A stretch of 64,000 nt of DNA from Octopus sinensis (Eukaryota): assembly GCF_006345805.1 (NCBI RefSeq), contig NC_043007.1:73160001-73224000 (forward strand). Direction: 5' to 3'. A model generated the notes under the pieces. It saw only the letters and a list, made by a program, of their open reading frames with translations, was not told where the DNA came from and did no database searches. Within the stretch, counting starts at the first letter, position 1. Each line of letters opens with the position of its first letter. Shown piece by piece: positions 59,291 to 64,000 of this stretch. The position numbers and the translations under genes were made by a program.

Positions 59291-59859
59291 ATTTTGAAGT
59301 TGCAATCTGGTTGGGATAGTGGAGGTTGGCTAGATATTATATTGTAGTATGAGTTCTGGGAAGCATTGCTCTCCATACAACAACAGCTTATCTTTATGTT
59401 ATTGGTGTTGGAGAACAACAAATTAGAGAATTCAGCAACAGCAATAAACATTTGGAACAAAACAAAGTAAAACAAAACGGAATACAATTAAGGAGTTTTA
59501 CAATGCAAAAGAAAACAGATTTTAAACTTGAATCAGTAACAAAACAAATCCAAATATGAATTAAGTAATTATATTTTATAAATGACTTTATTTTTTTATT
59601 ACTATAAAACAACATATTGTATATATTATTGGATCAAAGGAAAGAATATGAAGTCTCTTGAATAAATATACTTCCTAAGTAAACTTTTGTAACATTTGAA
59701 TTGATAAATTTTATACAAAGGTAAATAAGAGCAGTCACGAAAGCATGATATTTCTTCATCTTCTATTTATTAAAAAAAAAAAAAAAAGATGAAGAAAAAT
59801 ATGCAAGGATAAAAAAAAAGGCAGCAGTGTTGATCTAATCAAATTGACAGTGTAACTAA

Positions 59860-60347
59860 TTAGCATTTCTTTTCTTTGTGCCAATCAAGTATTTTTGTTT
59901 GCAAAATGTCCACTCCAAAATATGATGTAGTTATCACAGTATAGAAGATACTGATGAACAGACAGTACCAGCGAACAAATGATGAACAATAAAAACAGTA
60001 GAGCATAAAAAGTAACAAAATACTCCAACCTATCAAAAACACATATAAAATAGAGCGAACCAAAAACTCACTTCGTGCTCGATATGGGCCTCTTGGATTT
60101 GATTTTAATTCTGCTGAGAAAAATTTCTCTGTATAAAATTGTTTCAGCAGATTTTCTTTTGTGCTCCATGCATCTTTACACCAGAGTATGAGGTCATCGT
60201 GTGTTTGAGGGAGTTTATCATTTGGAAATGTACGGACATAAAAGTGAACTTCTTTTGGAAAATTTCCCATGACGATATCAATTTCATCTTGAGGAATATT
60301 AATAGGATAAGCAATTGAAAGGTCCCAAATAGCTTCCATTTGGTTAT
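59860..60347 (-). CDS. LCLAT1: Lysocardiolipin acyltransferase 1, last coding exon
   Basis: EAIWDLSIAYPINIPQDE...GNFPKEVHFYVRTFP...LP....DLILWC...W..KE..LKQFY matches LCLAT1 DAVHDITVAYPHNIPQSE...GDFPREIHFHV...LWC...WEEKE; TTTCTAG acceptor at 60348; upstream exons lie beyond the window. Confidence 0.9.
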
Positions 60348-61274
60348 CTAGAAAGAGTAAATGAAAAAAAAAAAAAATAATAAAAGAGGTGAATGATCTG
60401 TTAAGTGTACACAGAGGATAGTGTTTATAAAAACAATGCTTGTTTTATTCAAGCAGACAAATATTTTAATCGCTTTGCCAATGAAGGAAATTGCATTTGT
60501 GTGAAAATGAGAAAGAAATGTAAAAAAATAAAACAGCTGCAACAACAGTAATCCAATAAGAAGCTTCTATGCAGCTGCTCATGATGCTAGAAATAGCTAC
60601 AAAATCTCCTTCACTTCACATCCTGTTACCTTTAAAAAAAGGATGTTTTAGATATATTAAAAAATTGAATGGCCATAGTTGGACTATCTTTTATTAATGG
60701 CCTACTCAATTAGAGCTGGCTTGGGTTTAAACAATAACTTTTGTTAGATGTGGTTTTACTCAAAATAGGCAGATTAGTAAACTCAATAACATACAGCCTT
60801 CGATCTGTATCAGTTCTTCAGTATTTCTCCTTAATTTACAATTGTACCCAGCTTGTTTGACTATGCTATACTACTAATAATTAAACTGCATAACTGTAGT
60901 GAATATTTATCATCATTTCACTTTTCCATGTTTGCATGGGTCAGATGGATGCCCTTCCTGTTGCCAACCTTCACCCGTTTCCAAACAAGTTCATATTTCT
61001 CCATAGTTAGGCATGTTTTGCTCTAGAAGACTGAAAATGAACATTGTTTGTATGATATTGAAGCATGTTTACAATCATCACAGGAATGTTAGCACAGTGG
61101 TAAAAACATGCAGCCACATATACACTGGGCCTCTTTCAGTTTCTGCTTACAAAATCCAATGACAAGACTTTGGTCACCCTGGAGTTATACCATCCCAAGG
61201 TGCTGCACAGTGGGACTGAACCTAAGACTATTTGATTAAGAAGCAAACTTCTTAACCATACATGCACTTATATA

Positions 61275-62533
61275 CATGGGTTGGACAAAATAATAGAAAC
61301 ACCGTAAAATTTCAAACAAATCTATCTATTTTAATATGGGGTAGGACCATCTTTGGAAGTAATTACAGCTTGAATTCTACAAGGTGTGGACTCGTACAAA
61401 GTTTGAATTGTTTCCAAAGGAATTTTTGTCCATTCTTCAGCTAAAACAGTCTCCAGTTCTTGTAGTGATGACGATGGATGATAGCAACTCCTTACTTGTT
61501 TTTCTAAAATGCACCATAAATCTTCAATAATACTGAGATCTGGGGACTGTGGTGGCCAGATAAGATGTTCAACTTCACTAGAATGTTCCTCGTGCCATTC
61601 AGTAACAATTTTAGCTGTGGGAATTGGTGCATTATCATCCTGAAAGATTGCGTTTCCCTCTGGAAACAGTTCTGCAACCATAGGATGAATTTGATCGGGT
61701 AAAATGCTTAAATAGTCTTGACTATTAATTCTGTCATGAAGGGAAACCATTGGGCTAGCAGATTTCCAAGATACAGCCCCCCAGATCATCACAAATCCTC
61801 CTTCATGTTTAACAGTTGGGAGAAGACAGTCTGGGACAAATGCTTCTTTTGGCTGTCTCCACACGTATACTTGGCTGGTGGTCGGAAATAAGGTGAATGA
61901 GGACTTGTCCGAGAAAATAACATTCTTCCACTGCTCTAGGGACCAATTCTCTAAGTTTTTACTCCACTCTAAACACTTTGCAACATTTGTTTTTGAAAGT
62001 AGTGGTTTTCTGATTGCAACCCTCCTGTGAAATCCAGCTTTGTGCAGCTCCCGGCAAACAGTTTTTGTGGAAACTGGCTTCTCGAGGTGGCCATTAAGCT
62101 CTGCAGTAATTTTGGGAGCTGTACTTTTGTGATCCTTTCTAACAATTTGCGTAAGAGTCCAAACTATCTGAAAGTTTTGGTTTTCTTCCAGAGCTTTGTT
62201 TCGACAAGGAGGTTTTTCCCTCTTTCTCAAAGGCTGTGTCATTACTTTCAAGACAGTACTTCTTGATACACCAAACATTTCGGCTGTTTTTGTTATACTA
62301 GCACCTGCCATACGAGCACCAATAATTTGACTGCTTTGAAAGCCCGACAGATCTGTCATTTTAATGAATTTTAATTACCTTTTTGTGATGATATCTGAAA
62401 AGAAACAGCAATTTTAGCAAAGCATATTAAGCAACACTAATAAGAAAATAAATAAACTTTTGACAGTTTTATAAATATTTCAAAATTATGATGCTATTAT
62501 GCAAGGTGTTTCCATTATTTTGTCCAACCCCTG
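61275..62533 (-). mobile_element. Full-length Tc1/mariner, DD36E (Incomer-like), in LCLAT1 intron
   Basis: TA + 29-bp TIRs CA(T/G)GGGTTGGACAAAATAAT(A/G)GAAACACC + TA; ORF 61331..62359; IFSD..., QDDNAP-36 aa-SPDLSIIE. Confidence 0.95.
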
Positions 62534-62699
62534 TATATGGAATGGAGTTGATAAGATCCAGGCTACATGTTCCATAGTAAGCAAAACTTCAGAAGAGGTA
62601 AATATCCAAACAAGGTGTATACCACAGGCTACTCTTCAGGCAAGGATATTTTGATTAAATGAAAGTTTACATTGTTGCAAGGAGGTACATGTTAACACG

Positions 62700-62917
62700 G
62701 CGGGGCAGAATCGTTAGCACACCGGGCGAAATGCGTAGCCGTATTTAGTCTGTCGTTACGTTCTGAGTTCAAATTCCGCCGAGGTCGACTTTGCCTTTCA
62801 TCCTCTCGGGGTCGATAAATAAAGTACCAGTTTCGCACTGGGTCGATGTAATCGACTTAATCCCTTTGTCTGTCCTTGTTTGTCCCCTCTATGTTTAGCC
62901 CCTTGTGGGTAGTAAAG

Positions 62918-62920
<3 letters not shown>
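62700..62920 (+). mobile_element. tRNA-derived SINE monomer ending in (TA)n
   Basis: GGCAGAATCGTTAGCACACCGGGCGAAATG head plus one array-type body. Confidence 0.9.
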
Positions 62921-63015
<95 letters not shown>

Positions 63016-63418
63016 GGCACAGGAGTGGCTGTGTGGTAAGTAGCTTGCTAACCAACCACATGGTTCCGGGTTCAGTCCCACTGCGTGGCATCTTGGGCAA
63101 GTGTCTTCTGCTATAGCCTCGGGCCAACCAAAGCCTTGTGAGTGGATTTGGTAGACGGAAACTGAAAGAAGCCTGTAGTATATATGTATATATATATGTA
63201 TGTGTATGTATATGTTTGTATGTCTGTGTTTGTCCCTCTAGCATTGCTTAACCGATGCTGGTGTGTTTATGTCCCCGTCACTTAGCGGTTCGGCAAAAGA
63301 GACCGATAGAATAAGTACTGGGCTTACAAAGAATAAGTCCTGGGGTCAATTTGCTCGACTAAAGGCGGTACTCCAGCATGGCCACAGTCAACTGACTGAA
63401 ACAAGTAAAAGAGTAAGA
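63016..63418 (+). mobile_element. Full-length CORE-type SINE between (TA)n tracts
   Basis: GGCACAGGAGTGGCTGTGTGG ... GAAACAAGTAAAAGAGTAAGAG. Confidence 0.9.
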
Positions 63419-63460
<42 letters not shown>

Positions 63461-63465
<5 letters not shown>

Positions 63466-64000
63466 TCGTTACTAACCCGGCCGTAGCCGGCCGAACAATT
63501 TTTTGGTTCAAAGTACCAACCCGGCCATACCCGGCCGTTAGAACCCATTGTTATTTAAATGTAAATTTGAACCCAAATCTCGTTGGTACATTCGTTAAAG
63601 CATGTGATTTCACATTGTAAATAGTTAAGTTATAGTATCCGACATTGCTTGAAGTGATATCTCAACTCAGTGAATTTTGGGAGATTTTTTTCCACATGTT
63701 TTACGGCATCGATTTTTCTTCAACTTTGAAAATGGATAGGAGTTTCATGTTATCAAGCATTGATTCCGAATTTAAAGCTTTGTCAACGGAAAATAGGGAG
63801 ATATCGAGAAAAAGAATGAAATAGGTACTAAAGCACGTGGTGTACAAAATAATGAATATTTTTTTATCCGAAAATGAAAGCAGCGCCTTCCGAAGAAACA
63901 AAGCGGCGAAGGTGACAGCGAAGACGATTTTACATCGGAATGAAGTAAAAAAACTTTTTAAATGTTTTTATTAGCAATTTTCCTGAGGAGATAAAGTTTA
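63461..64000 (+). mobile_element. Left end of a piggyBac-family element (runs off window)
   Basis: CCCTTTCGTTAC terminus identical to MITE at 30388, followed by CCCGGCC subterminal repeats. Confidence 0.7.

Noticed and set aside
63701-63901. Upstream LCLAT1 exon
   Set aside because: No similarity to the expected HPRTTGF acyltransferase segment; lies inside a piggyBac-like end

Overview
Repeat-dense, AT-rich eukaryotic genomic DNA, most likely an octopus (inferred from the tRNA/CORE and RTE-tailed SINE families and the very long (TA)n/(CA)n tracts). Two host genes converge. (1) A previously fragmented but reconstructable 12-exon IL-17 receptor-like type I membrane protein gene on + (18462-53749; signal peptide, FN3-like ectodomain, TM exon, SEFIR domain; about 614 aa, with one unresolved exon junction). 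(2) The last coding exon of LCLAT1 on - (59860-60347). The rest is transposon-derived: a hAT transposon with a nested Gypsy remnant, a near full-length CRE-clade (RLE) LINE, a CR1 LINE inserted into a SINE, RTE fragments, Helitron derivatives, Chapaev3, piggyBac, Merlin and hAT MITEs, a full-length DD36E Tc1, four SINE families and a SINE-derived tandem array. The most novel signal is a set of hammerhead-ribozyme motifs from Penelope-like elements: two canonical type I motifs (3086-3133 on -, 42057-42108 on + inside an IL17R intron), one whose three strands occur in a non-permuted order that can only fold as a pseudoknot (28497-28572 on -), and one split across the loop ends of a 150-bp inverted repeat (36430-36984). 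Most short ORFs in the supplied track are microsatellite or SINE artefacts. All alignments and folds were done by eye; repeat boundaries are approximate unless TIR/TSD positions are quoted.
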